A DNA stretch of 62,411 nucleotides, filler included, from Dehalococcoidia bacterium (GCA_040882355.1; 3 parts of 3 records of this genome joined end to end with filler, not necessarily neighbours in it); one strand, 5' to 3'. Shown: positions 52,366-62,411, counted from the whole stretch's first letter. Numbers and translations: made by a program. Notes: a model not told the origin generated them from the sequence alone.

Positions 52366-52845
52366 TCAGTCGGGATCGCCGCTCCGGAGGCGCGCGTTCA
52401 CGCCCGCCGTCACCTGGTTCGATTCCCGGATGAACCTGATGATCACATCGAGCTCTTCGTTACCGAGGCCAGCCCAGAGCGCCAGCAGACCGTCCACGAG
52501 AGGCTGGAACAGCGCGCCGATCTCACCGAGGTTCTCCTCGATAGGCTCGACGATCACGCTGCGCCGGTCGACCTCGTCGCGGCGCCGGCGAACGTAGCCG
52601 GCGCGCTCCATCCGGTCGATGAGGCGCGTGGTGGCGCCGCTGGACAGGCCCGTCCGCTCCGAGAGCTCCCCGGCGGTCATCGGTCCGATGGTGTTGAGCA
52701 GATCCATCGTCTCGATATCGGTCTGGTGCATGCCAACGCGCTCGGCTACGGCATGACTGAACAGCGCGTCGAAGGAGCTCATCAGGCGCATCTCGCGCGT
52801 GAGCTGCTCGATCTTTTCGCGACGGTTCTCACCAGATGTTGACAT
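52366..52845 (-). CDS. MarR family transcriptional regulator
   Basis: TAGEL...GLSSGATT.LIDRME..GYV.R..D..DRR. Confidence 0.93.
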   Translation of the reverse strand: MSTSGENRREKIEQLTREMRLMSSFDALFSHAVAERVGMHQTDIETMDLLNTIGPMTAGELSERTGLSSGATTRLIDRMERAGYVRRRRDEVDRRSVIVEPIEENLGEIGALFQPLVDGLLALWAGLGNEELDVIIRFIRESNQVTAGVNARLRSGDPD

Positions 52846-52864
52846 CGTGGGCCATCCGTGATAG

Positions 52865-52899
52865 TATCTGCACTGTGCAGATAATGCACCGCGCAGGTA
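52865..52899. promoter_or_regulatory. Probable MarR operator palindromes
   Basis: Perfect TATCTGCAC-T-GTGCAGATA with an adjacent imperfect copy, between divergent genes. Confidence 0.7.
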
Positions 52900-52976
52900 C
52901 TAACTATCATAGCACAGTGCCCAGGCGACACCGCACACCGTGGTAGCGAGTTCGCCTTCGGCAGAAAGGAAGCGAA

Positions 52977-53621
52977 GTGCGAACCTTGGTTGTAGGTACG
53001 TTCCTCACCGTTGACGGTGTCATGCAGGCGCCCGGCGGACCCGACGAAGACCGCGAAGGTGGATTCGACCAGGGCGGGTGGTCAGTGAACTACTGGGACG
53101 AGCAGATGGGGCAGCTCATCACAGAGCAGACGCTGAAGGCGGGCGCGCTGCTCCTGGGACGCAAGACATACGAGATCTTCGCCGCCCACTGGCCCAAGGT
53201 GAGCGACGACGACCCGGTAGCGGCGAAACTGAACAGCCTCCCTAAGTATGTCGCGTCACGAACCCTTGATGCAGCGCCTTGGAACAACACTACCCTTATC
53301 CAGGGAGACGTGGCGGCAGCGGTCGCCGCCCTCAAGGAACAGCCGGGAGGCGAGATCCAGGTGACGGGCAGTGGCGACTTGATCCAGACGTTGCTGGAGC
53401 ACGACCTTGTCGACGAGTACCGGTTGTGGGTCTTCCCGGTCGTCGTGGGCGGCGGCAAGCGACTCTTTGCCGGGGGAGCCTTGCCTGGAGCCATGAAGCT
53501 GGTCGACACGATGATCTCGAGTACCGGCGTCGCGGTCCACACATACGAACGCGCTGGGGCGATCCAGCACGGCACCTTTGAGGTCGATGAGGCAGGCGAG
53601 ACTGCCGAGCTATGGCGCTGA
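52977..53621 (+). CDS. Dihydrofolate reductase-like (RibD C-terminal) protein
   Basis: TVDGVMQAPG, LLGRKTY, GSGDLI and GGGKRLF motifs. Confidence 0.9.
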   Translation: MRTLVVGTFLTVDGVMQAPGGPDEDREGGFDQGGWSVNYWDEQMGQLITEQTLKAGALLLGRKTYEIFAAHWPKVSDDDPVAAKLNSLPKYVASRTLDAAPWNNTTLIQGDVAAAVAALKEQPGGEIQVTGSGDLIQTLLEHDLVDEYRLWVFPVVVGGGKRLFAGGALPGAMKLVDTMISSTGVAVHTYERAGAIQHGTFEVDEAGETAELWR

Positions 53622-53677
53622 TGCCCGACTTCGCACCTCGTATGGCGTGAACGATACCTGAACAAGGAGACCCAACC

Positions 53678-55489
53678 ATGAAAACGCTCGCTCGGTTCTG
53701 CTACGCCCGCCGCCGCTTCGTCGTCATCGGCTGGGTACTGCTCCTCGTAGGCATGTTCGCGCTCTCAGCCGCGTTCGGTGGCAAGCCCAGGACGGAGTTC
53801 CAGCTTCCCGGTTCGGAGAGCCAGGAGGCGATCGATCTGCTCAAGGAGCACGGCGTCAACGAGCGCACAGGGTTCTTCGGTCAGGTCGTCTTTCGGGCCG
53901 ATCAGGGGGTGACCGACCCGGCGGTCCGCCAGACTATGGAGACGTTCTTCACGAACATCGAAGGCAGCGTCGAAGGCGTGGAGGTCGTCAGCCCATACGA
54001 GCCCGCGAACGCCCACCAGGTCTCCGCCAGCGGCGAGATCGCCTACGCGGAGATCAACTTCTCAGACCGCGACAACGAGGAGTATGTTGACGACGCAGGC
54101 GTCATCAAGGACCTGCGCAACGAGATTGATGTCGATGGCCTCCAGGTCGAACTAAGTGGCTTCATCTTCGCCGCGCAGCCGGACTTCTCCAGCGAGCTCG
54201 TCGGCATCGGCGCCGCCGTAATCATCCTGCTCATCGCGTTCGGCTCACTGCTGGCGATGGGCCTGCCCATCGTGACGGCGCTCTTCGGCGTCGGCTCGGG
54301 GGCGGCGCTCATCGCCCTTGTGATGCGCGTGCTGGACGTGCCGGAGTTCACGACGGCCATCGCGGCCATGATCGGCATCGGCGTGGGCATCGATTACGCG
54401 TTGCTCATCGTGACCCGCTACCGCCAGGGGCTCCACGATGGCCTCGATCCGCGGGACGCCGTGACGCTGTCGCTGAACACCTCGGGCCGAGCGGTCGTGT
54501 TCGCAGGATTGACGGTGGTCATTGCGCTCCTCGGCATGTTCATGATGAACCTGGAGTTCATGCGCAGCATCGCAACAGGCGCCGTCCTGGCCGTCTTCAT
54601 GACCATGCTCGCATCGATCACATTGCTGCCGGCAATGCTCGGCTTCGTAGGCCGGAACATCGATCGCTTCGGCCTGCCCCACCGGGCCGCGGCGGCCGAA
54701 GAGGGCGCGAGCGCGTCCTTCTGGTTCCGCTGGAGCCGGCTGATCCAGGGCCACCCGTGGCCCGCGTTTCTGGCAAGCGCGACCCTCTTGATCGTGCTCG
54801 CCATCCCGCTGTTCTCCATCCGACTCGGCTTCGGCGATGCTGGCAACTTCCCCGAGTCAGATACGACCCGGAAGGCCTATGACCTGCTCTCCAGCGGATT
54901 CGGCCCCGGCTTCAACGCGCCGATCCTCGTCGTCGCCGAGACACCAAGCGGCGAGTCGGACGCCGCGACCATCTCCCAACTGAATAGCGCCATCGAAGCG
55001 ACTGACGGCGTCGATTCCGTAACCGAGCCTGAGGCCATGGCCGGAGGCCAGTTGCATCTCTTCAACGTCTATGCAACGACGGCGCCTCAGGATGAAGCGA
55101 CGAGCGATCTCGTGCACCGCCTGCGTAACGAGGTCATGCCTTCAGTCGTGACCGATGAGTCCACTATCGTACGCCTGACCGGTGACGTGCCGTTCGTGGT
55201 CGACTTCGCAGACTACATCTCTAGCCGGCTGCCGCTGTTCATCGGCGCGGTGCTGCTGCTCTCGTTCCTGCTGCTGATGACAGTATTCCAGAGCATCGTG
55301 GTTGCGGCCAAGGCCGTGATCATGAACATGCTCTCGATCGGCGCTGCGTTCGGGGTGATGGTCGCGGTGTTCCAGTGGGGCTTCGGCGACAGCCTGATCG
55401 GCCTCGGCAGGGAAGGACCGATCGAGGCGTGGGCGCCGATGATGCTCTTCGCGATCGTCTTCGGGCTCTCGATGGACTACGAGGTGTTC
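53678..55489 (+). CDS. MMPL family (RND) transporter, 3' partial
   Basis: GVGIDYAL, GFGPGFN and FGLSMDYEVF motifs. Confidence 0.93.
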
Positions 55490-55589
55490 NNNNNNNNNNN
55501 NNNNNNNNNNNNNNNNNNNNNNNNNNNNNNNNNTTAATTAATTAANNNNNNNNNNNNNNNNNNNNNNNNNNNNNNNNNNNNNNNNNNNN
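55490..55589. other. Artificial contig-join linker
   Basis: N44-TTAATTAATTAA-N44. Confidence 0.97.
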
Positions 55590-56517
55590 GCGTCGGCGTC
55601 GGCGTGTCGGTCGGCGTCGGCGTCGGCGTGTCGGTCGGCGTCGGCGTCGGCGTGTCGGTCGGCGTCGGCGTCGGCGTGTCGGTCGGCGTCGGGGTCGACG
55701 TATTCGTCGGTGTCGGCGTTGACGTATTCGTCGGTGTCGGCGTTGACGTATTCGTAGCGGTCGGAGTTGGGGTCTTGGTCACGGTTGCCGTCTTAGTGGG
55801 CGTCGGAGTCTTCGTCGCCTTCGGCGGCGTCGACGTCTTCGTGGGCGTCGGTGTCTTGGTGGCCTTGGGGGGCGTCGGTGTCTTGGTGGCCTTGGCCGGC
55901 GTCGACGTCTTCGTGGCCTTCGGAGGCGTGGCTGTCTTCGTCGCCTTGGCCGGCGTCGACGTCTTCGTGGCCTTCGGAGGCGTGGCCGTCTTCGTCGCCT
56001 TGGCCGGCGTCGGCGTCTTCGTGGCCTTCGGAGGCGTGGCCGTCTTCGTCGGCGACTTCTTGCTGTAGCAGAAGGTGACATGGCTGAGACCGTAGGGCTT
56101 GTTTCCGTTCATCGGTGCGTGGAGCTCTTCATCTCCGAACGAACGCGCGGGCGGATTGTAGGTGTAGACGTTGGCGTTGGGGCCGCCCTTGACGATCACG
56201 ACATCCATGCCGAGCGTGGACGTCCAGTCGAAGTACTTCTCGTCAACGTTGCTGAGCGTCACGGAGTGCTTCACGCCGTTTGCAGTGAAGGAATAGGTGC
56301 CGCTTTCGACGGGTTCGATCTTGATGGCTTGAACCAGGTCCGACCGAATGTCGTCGCAGTCCACATTCTGACTTGAGTGCGTGAGTACCGGTTCGAGCGA
56401 CGCAGAATGCGATGGCCGGGCATGCACCACCTGGAATGCAACCAGCACGGCGACGGCGAGGAACGCCGCGAAGGTGAGGAGCTGTTTTCGCTGAGTCTGC
56501 TTCCATAGCGTGCGCAT
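55590..56517 (-). CDS. Secreted protein with Pro/Thr-rich repeats (3' partial)
   Basis: Signal peptide, small Cys-bounded domain, then TKTATPPKA and TPTPTD repeats. Confidence 0.8.
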
Positions 56518-56641
56518 GAGGTTACCTCTGAGCTTCCGGATGACGGCGGGGAGTTAGCCACCCATTCTGACCACACAGCATGTTCTGCTTCCTAACGCAC
56601 TGCAGGGCCCGTTCGTAACAGGGGCGGGGCTGGGAAGGTGG

Positions 56642-57346
56642 CTAGTCTTCGCGGGCGAAGGCGAGCGCCCGGACAGAGGCGGCGCCCGCAGCCTTGAGCG
56701 CCCCGGCGCACGCCGCCAGGGTCGCGCCGGTCGTCGTCACGTCGTCGACGAGAAGAACACGGCGGCCGGCCAGCGATGCGTCCCGGCAGGCGAAGGCGCC
56801 CGCCACGTTTCGGCGGCGCGCCTCGGCATCGGCGGAGCGCGCCTGAGGCGGGGTGTGGCGCTTACGAACGAGCGCGCGGGGCTCTACGAGCACGCCCAGC
56901 TCCTCCGCCAGCGCCCTCGCGAGCAGCTCCGCCTGGTTATAGCCGCGCGTTCGTTTACGCAGGCCGGAGAGGGGCACCGGAACGACGACATCGAACGATT
57001 CGCGCGCCGCGGCACCGGTGAGCAGCGATGCCATGGGCGCGGCGAGGACGGTCATGCCGCGGTACTTGAGAGCGTGGACGACCTCGCGGGCGACGCCTTG
57101 ATACACGAAGCCAGCGCGCAAGGCGTCGAAGGCCGGCGGCGCGAGCCGGCAGTCGAAGCACTCGCCGGCGTCGGGGCCAGGCCGCCAGCAGCGCGGGCAG
57201 CGCGGCGGCGATGCCTCGACAAGGGCGCTGGCGCAGCCTGCGCAGAGGAAGGCGCCTGCGGCGCCGCACACGGCGCAGCGAGGCGGAAACAGCAGATCGA
57301 GCGCGGCGCGACCCAGCGACCGGGCCAGGGAGGTAGTTGTCGCCAT
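56642..57346 (-). CDS. comF: ComF family amidophosphoribosyltransferase-like protein
   Basis: LLFPPRC..C, RGYNQA and LLVDDVTTTGAT motifs. Confidence 0.92.
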   Translation of the reverse strand: MATTTSLARSLGRAALDLLFPPRCAVCGAAGAFLCAGCASALVEASPPRCPRCWRPGPDAGECFDCRLAPPAFDALRAGFVYQGVAREVVHALKYRGMTVLAAPMASLLTGAAARESFDVVVPVPLSGLRKRTRGYNQAELLARALAEELGVLVEPRALVRKRHTPPQARSADAEARRRNVAGAFACRDASLAGRRVLLVDDVTTTGATLAACAGALKAAGAASVRALAFARED

Positions 57347-57417
57347 TAGCGGCTCCCTTCGAAGTCGGCGGCAGCGTAGCAGGCCACGTGCTGACGGCAC
57401 AACGCCAGCCCGCAAGC

Positions 57418-57451
57418 TTGACAGAACGGCCTCAACACCGTACATTCGTTC
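57418..57451 (+). promoter_or_regulatory. Sigma70-type promoter upstream of rplI
   Basis: TTGACA-N17-TACATT, overlapped by GTAC-N4-GTTC. Confidence 0.6.
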
Positions 57452-57617
57452 TGAGGACGACGTGAAGGCGTTTGCCGCTTTGGTATGTGGAAAGATAACG
57501 CCGTCTACCAAGCGAAGAAGACGCCGGATCGCATTGACCGTGATCGGGAGCGACCCGCTATCATGGACTTATCGGTGCCCGCAGGACGGGCGCCGTCCTC
57601 GTTAAGGAGAGCCAGCC

Positions 57618-58220
57618 ATGAAAGTCGTATTCCTCAAGGACGTTGAAGGCACCGCGCAGGTGGGCGACGTGAAGGACGTGAAGAACGGGTTCGCGCGCAA
57701 CTTCCTGCTGCCCAGGGGCCTGGCCGGTCCGGCCGTCGAGCCGTACCTGCAGCGGGCCGGGGCGCGGGCCGTACGCGAGGCGAAGCAGCAGGCGGTGCTC
57801 GACCAGGACGCGGCGGGCATCGCCGAGTTGCTCGAAGGCGCGCGCATCACGATCATCGCGAAGGTGGGCGAGCAGGGTAAGCTCTACGGCTCCGTCACCA
57901 GCCTCCATATCGCCGAAGAGGTGGCGAAGCTGATCGGGGCTGAGGAGATCGACCATCGCAAGGTGCTGCTGCCTGAGGCGATCAAGGAGACGGGCATCCA
58001 GCCGGTCCGCGTCCGCCTCACACGCAACGTCGAAGCCGCGATCGAGGTCGAGGTGCTTGGCGAGGGCGAGGAGCCGAGCACCGACGAGCCGGAGGCGAGC
58101 GCCGAGGAGGGTGAGGCCGAGGTCATTGAGGAGGCTGAGGCAGTCGAGGGCGAGACCGAGGCGGAGGTCGAAGAGACCGAGGCCGAAGGCGAGGAAGCGG
58201 CGTCTGAGGACGGGGAGTGA
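57618..58220 (+). CDS. rplI: 50S ribosomal protein L9 with acidic tail
   Basis: MKVVFLKDV...VKNGFARNFLLP and GKLYGSVT motifs. Confidence 0.96.
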   Translation: MKVVFLKDVEGTAQVGDVKDVKNGFARNFLLPRGLAGPAVEPYLQRAGARAVREAKQQAVLDQDAAGIAELLEGARITIIAKVGEQGKLYGSVTSLHIAEEVAKLIGAEEIDHRKVLLPEAIKETGIQPVRVRLTRNVEAAIEVEVLGEGEEPSTDEPEASAEEGEAEVIEEAEAVEGETEAEVEETEAEGEEAASEDGE

Positions 58221-58381
58221 GGTACACGGTCATCTTCGAACGGACGCCCAACAACTACTCAGCCTACGTACCTGACCTTCCGGGCTGCGTGGCCACCGGC
58301 AGCACCCGCAGCGAAGTCGAGCGGCGCATTCACCAAGCCATCACACTCCATCTGGAAGGACTTGGGAAGACGGCGCCTTGA
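58217..58381 (+). CDS. HicB family antitoxin-like protein (54 aa)
   Basis: MRYTVIFERTPNNYSAYVPDLPGCVATGSTRSEVERRIHQAITLHLEGL; absent from the ORF track. Confidence 0.85.
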   Translation: MRYTVIFERTPNNYSAYVPDLPGCVATGSTRSEVERRIHQAITLHLEGLGKTAP

Positions 58382-58581
58382 CGACCACTGACACCGAGTA
58401 CGCGGACACTCTGAAGGCGGCGCAGCGCGAGCTGACGGAGGCCGCCACGGCGGACGACGTGCGGCGCGTCTGGCGCAAGCACATGGGGGTCCTGGGACAC
58501 CGGGCGATGGGCCGGCTCCTGCTCGGAAGGTCCGCGGACGAACTGCTCGTGCGGCGCAGCGGCCGCGGCGAGCGCGACTAA
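58378..58581 (+). CDS. Hypothetical protein (67 aa)
   Basis: Helical ORF whose TTG start overlaps the hicB stop. Confidence 0.6.
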   Translation: MTTTDTEYADTLKAAQRELTEAATADDVRRVWRKHMGVLGHRAMGRLLLGRSADELLVRRSGRGERD

Positions 58582-58666
58582 CCAAGATTCGTCATTGCGG
58601 GGCTTCGCCCTGCTGAGCAAGGGGCACCGAGAGTCGACATGACCAGTCGCAAGGACCGCGCGCTCC

Positions 58667-60040
58667 ATGGCCGTAGCTGACCGCCCCCTCCCGTTCGACA
58701 CCGAGGCCGAAGAGGCTGTGCTCGCCTCCTTGATGGTGGACGAGGACGCGATCTTCAAGATCCAGAGCCTCATCCGGCCGCAAGACTTCTTCCGCGAACA
58801 GAACCGCTGGGTCTTCGAGGCCTGCGTTGCCCTCTGGGAGCGCGGCGAGGCGATCGACCAGCTCACCGTCTCGCACGAGCTCGGGCGACAGGGCCGCCTC
58901 GAAGAGATGGGCGGGCCGGCCGCGCTCTCGCGCATGATCGAGGAGCTGCCCACGTCCGTCGTCGTCGAGCACTATGCGCGGATCGTCCAGCGCGACGCGA
59001 CCTACCGCCAGCTCATCGGCGCGGTCGGCCAGATCGCCGAGATGGCCTACAAAGGCGGGCCGGAGCTCAACACCGTCTTGGGGCGTGCCGAAGACCTGAT
59101 CCTGGCCCTGCGCAGCGGCGACAAGCTGCGCGACTTCATCCACATCCGCCACCTTCTGGAGCAGTACTGGGAGACGCCCGGCGTCGACGACATCCGCAAC
59201 CGCACGCTCATCTCCCACGTGCGCACAGGCTTCATCAAGCTCGACGAGCTGCTGGGCGGGCTGAAGCGCAAGGACCTGGTCATCCTGGCCGCCCGGCCCG
59301 GCGTGGGCAAGACCAGTCTCGCTATGAACATCGCGCGCAACGCCGCGATCGGGCAGCAGGGCCGGGTGGCGATCTTCAGCCTGGAGATGGCGGCCGACCA
59401 GCTCGCGCAGCGGCTCCTCTCGGGCGAGTCCGGCATCGACGGCACCCGCCTGCGCCTCGGCGAGCAAAACGAAGCCGAGGAACGCCGCGTTATGCACGCG
59501 ATGGGCGTGCTCGCCGACTCGGAGATCTACATCGACGACGTCGGCGTCCAGCGCATGCCCGAGATCCGCGCCAAGGCGCACCGCCTACACCGCGAGCGCC
59601 CGCTCGACCTGATCGTCATCGACTACCTCCAGCTCGTGCACGGCTCCGGGCGCATCGACAACCGCGTCGCGGAGGTGAGCGACATCTCGCGTTCGATGAA
59701 GGAGCTGGCCCGGGAGCTGGACGTGCCGGTGATCGCCTGCTCGCAGCTTTCTCGCGCGCCGGAGCAGCGCCCCACGCACATCCCGATGCTGAGCGACCTG
59801 CGCGAGAGCGGCAGCATCGAGCAGGACGCCGACGTGGTGGTGTTCATCTACCGCGAGGACTTCTACGTCACCGAAGACGAGTGGCAGCGCCTCCATCCGA
59901 ACCAGCCCTACCCTGAAGGCATCGCCCAGATCATCGTTGCGAAGCACCGCAACGGGCCGACCGGTACCGTTTACCTGCGCTTCCGCAAGCAGATCACGCG
60001 CTTCGATGACCTGGAGATGCGCATCGTCGAACCGGAGTAG
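58667..60040 (+). CDS. dnaB: Replicative DNA helicase
   Basis: AARPGVGKT, FSLEM, IDYLQL, DLRESGSIEQDAD and KHRNGPTG motifs. Confidence 0.97.
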   Translation: MAVADRPLPFDTEAEEAVLASLMVDEDAIFKIQSLIRPQDFFREQNRWVFEACVALWERGEAIDQLTVSHELGRQGRLEEMGGPAALSRMIEELPTSVVVEHYARIVQRDATYRQLIGAVGQIAEMAYKGGPELNTVLGRAEDLILALRSGDKLRDFIHIRHLLEQYWETPGVDDIRNRTLISHVRTGFIKLDELLGGLKRKDLVILAARPGVGKTSLAMNIARNAAIGQQGRVAIFSLEMAADQLAQRLLSGESGIDGTRLRLGEQNEAEERRVMHAMGVLADSEIYIDDVGVQRMPEIRAKAHRLHRERPLDLIVIDYLQLVHGSGRIDNRVAEVSDISRSMKELARELDVPVIACSQLSRAPEQRPTHIPMLSDLRESGSIEQDADVVVFIYREDFYVTEDEWQRLHPNQPYPEGIAQIIVAKHRNGPTGTVYLRFRKQITRFDDLEMRIVEPE

Positions 60041-60048
60041 GAGTAGCG

Positions 60049-61527
60049 ATGCCCCGCCTGCGCGACGCACTGAAGCACCTTGATGTCGAACCAGGAGAAT
60101 CGGACCTGGATGCTCCGCCGCCAGACCTTCGAGCCTCCAGCGTCCAGCCTCCATCCGCGCCACCACCGCCCACCATCGACGACGGCTCCTGTCCGCTCTG
60201 CCACGGTGCCCGCTTCGTTCAGCGCGACGTGCCGCTGGGCCACCCGGACTTCGGCAGGGCGGTCGCGTGCCGCTGCACCGAGGACGAGGACCAGGAGGAG
60301 CGCCTGACCCGGCTGCGCCGCTACAGCGACCTGGGCCCGCTGACCCGCCTCACCTTCGACAACCTGATCAGGTTGGGTCGAAACCCCGAACTGAATGCCC
60401 AGAAGCGGTTCCAGCGCTGCGTCGACGACGCCGAGGCGTTCGCGAAGGACCCGAAAGGCTGGCTGGTGCTCGTCGGCGCGTCGGGGTGCGGCAAGACGCA
60501 CATCGGCGCCGCGATCGCGAACCGCTGCATTGAGACCGGCACTCCCGCGCTCTTTGTGGTCGTCCCGGACCTGCTCGACCACCTGCGGGCAGCCTACAAG
60601 CCCGATGCGGAGGTCGCCTACGACGACCTCCTCGAGCAAGTGCGGAACGCGCCGGTGCTGATCCTGGACGACCTGGGCACCCAGAGCGCGACGGCCTGGG
60701 CGCAGGAGAAGCTCTTCCAGATTATGAACCATCGCTACAACGCCCGCCTGCCCACGGTGGTGACGACCAACATGCAACTGAGCAAGTTCGACGAGCGGCT
60801 GCGCTCGCGCCTCGGTGATCCGTCGCTTCCCCAGCCACACGCCCATCCCATCGCCAAAGTGCACATACTCGAAGAGCGCAGGGCATCTCATTACCCAGGC
60901 CTCAACATGCTTGACTTCCCGATGATCCGAGACATGACCTTTCAGACGTTCGAACCCTCAGGCCAACGATCTGAGCGCGGCCTAGAGATGCACGACCACG
61001 CTCAGCGGGAAGCGCTCCGATTTGCAAGCGAGCCCAAAGGTTGGTTAGTCCTGCTCGGGGGCCGCGCGCCGGACCGCACTCACCTGATCGCGTCAATAGC
61101 CAATTATCGACGCGCTCTAGGCGACGCGCCCCTCCTGGTGCAGGTAGAAGAGCTACTGGACACCCTCCGCCATTTCGTGGGAGATGACGAAGCAGCCCAA
61201 GACGAGTACTTGATCAAGCAGACGCTGCGCACGTGCCCTCTGCTGCTGCTCGACGACCTCGAGATCGGCATGGGAAGCGATTGGGTGCGCAAGGAGCTCT
61301 TCAAGCTCCTCAACCCGCGTTACATGGCCCGCCTGCCCACCGTGATCACGACGCCGAACACCCTCAACAATCTTCTGACCGATGGAGGCTGGGAAAGGCT
61401 GGCCCGGCTGCTCATGGGTGACCCCGGCTTCTGTTCGCAGATTGTGATTGGGGAGTCCTCCCCCGAAGTGCAGCCGGTCACGCAACCGCCGAGGCGGAAG
61501 CCATCGCGCCGCCAGGCTCGCGACTAG
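60049..61527 (+). CDS. DnaC/IstB-like helicase loader with a Zn finger and two AAA+ domains
   Basis: CPLC..CRC; GASGCGKTH, LILDDLG and TTN; a second domain with LLLDDL and a degenerate Walker A. Confidence 0.85.
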   Translation: MPRLRDALKHLDVEPGESDLDAPPPDLRASSVQPPSAPPPPTIDDGSCPLCHGARFVQRDVPLGHPDFGRAVACRCTEDEDQEERLTRLRRYSDLGPLTRLTFDNLIRLGRNPELNAQKRFQRCVDDAEAFAKDPKGWLVLVGASGCGKTHIGAAIANRCIETGTPALFVVVPDLLDHLRAAYKPDAEVAYDDLLEQVRNAPVLILDDLGTQSATAWAQEKLFQIMNHRYNARLPTVVTTNMQLSKFDERLRSRLGDPSLPQPHAHPIAKVHILEERRASHYPGLNMLDFPMIRDMTFQTFEPSGQRSERGLEMHDHAQREALRFASEPKGWLVLLGGRAPDRTHLIASIANYRRALGDAPLLVQVEELLDTLRHFVGDDEAAQDEYLIKQTLRTCPLLLLDDLEIGMGSDWVRKELFKLLNPRYMARLPTVITTPNTLNNLLTDGGWERLARLLMGDPGFCSQIVIGESSPEVQPVTQPPRRKPSRRQARD

Positions 61528-61698
61528 CCGACTCGACTTCACCCAGTCCCGTAGCGCCCGCCTCCCCGGACTGAATAGGAGGTTCGCACCGGCGTGGCGC
61601 ACCGGTGGCGGAAGCGCAGTCCAGGCGGAGGCGAACGTTAAGAAGTCACGAAATCGAGAGCTTTACGAATTATCGACGAAAATCTTCACGTCAGATAC

Positions 61699-61727
61699 TT
61701 GACATCGTCGATCCAGTTTCTTACACT
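61699..61727 (+). promoter_or_regulatory. Sigma70-type promoter
   Basis: TTGACA-N17-TACACT. Confidence 0.65.
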
Positions 61728-61805
61728 CCCGCAGTCAGCGCACGTTCGTCCTGGTGGCACAGGCGGCGCGGAGGCCAGCACACGGCCAAGGGAGGGAGAG
61801 GTCTG

Positions 61806-62093
61806 GTGTTCGAGGACAAGAATATCGACTGCAAGGACTGCGGCGAACCGTTTGTCTTCACCGCGGGAGAACAGGGGTTTTACCTGGAGAAGGGCCTGCT
61901 CAATGAGCCGCAGCGGTGCCCCATCTGCCGGGAACAGCGCCGCCACGAACGGGAGGAGGCGGCCCGGACGGGGAGCACGGTGGTCTGCGCCGATTGCGGC
62001 CAGGAGACGACGGTGCCGTTCGTCCCTCGCCTCAACCGGCCGGTGTACTGCGGTTCCTGCTTCCAGCGGGCGCGCTCCGGGGCGGTCGCCTAG
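61806..62093 (+). CDS. Zinc-ribbon / CxxC-x17-CxxC domain protein
   Basis: CKDCG..FVFTAGEQ.FY..KG..NEP.RCPIC and CADCG..T.VPF.P...RPVYC..C. Confidence 0.9.
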   Translation: MFEDKNIDCKDCGEPFVFTAGEQGFYLEKGLLNEPQRCPICREQRRHEREEAARTGSTVVCADCGQETTVPFVPRLNRPVYCGSCFQRARSGAVA

Positions 62094-62411
62094 CCTGGCG
62101 GGCCAAGTTACTGGAAACGGCTTACCTGAGGGCCACGGTTGAAGCGCGCCTAGCGGCGCCCGGCCTCGGGCTGTCGATGCCTCACCGGAGGCTGCGAGAG
62201 TAGCGGCGTCACCCTGGGAGCCGGCATCGCTCTTGACGCGCAACACGCCTGCCGCGCGAACACCACCTCTCGGACACAGGCGTGACTTCTACGCAGTACA
62301 ATGGCTGTGGCCCGGATCGTGGCTGAGCCGCTCGAGTGGTGACGTCAGAGGGTACCCTTGGAGCCGGCTGACGCCGGCGCTCCTGACCAGCGATCCTCAC
62401 CTCGCCCTCAC

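Noticed and set aside
60049..61527. IS21 element (IstB)
   Set aside because: There is no IstA transposase or terminal inverted repeat, and the context is a chromosomal dnaB operon.
62100..62411. Possible RNA or gene at the right end
   Set aside because: No recognisable ORF or RNA motif, and the region is truncated by the window edge.

Overview
High-GC bacterial DNA, most consistent with a Chloroflexota (Dehalococcoidia-like) MAG; the taxonomy is inferred from gene content. It consists of three contigs joined by artificial N-TTAATTAATTAA-N linkers (27971-28070, 55490-55589), plus two 10-N scaffold gaps. Contig 1 has a wzm/wzt glycan export and tailoring operon, a dispersed set of phage-particle-like genes ending at ruvB, then csrA, adenosine deaminase, acyl-CoA dehydrogenase, tandem MBL hydrolases and a partial uvrB. 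The particle genes encode a scaffold, an HK97-like major capsid, a putative head-completion protein, a hub-like protein and a small OB-fold-like protein. Contig 2 has a bacterial eRF1-like gene, a candidate 6S/Ms1-like RNA, a kdp locus with split KdpD, a USP/CBS/P-type ATPase/K+ channel stress cluster and a MarR-DHFR-like-MMPL unit. Contig 3 has a PT-repeat secreted protein, comF and an rplI-hicB-dnaB-dnaC-like operon. The main candidate for an undescribed system is the particle gene set. It has no integrase, terminase, portal, tail tube or lysis genes in view and is split by host genes into three transcription units. Each unit is preceded by the same exactly spaced promoter motif, GTGCCA-N8-TT(G/C)G(C/T)(G/C)-N17-TACNNT. 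This suggests a domesticated, co-regulated GTA-like or nanocompartment-like particle.
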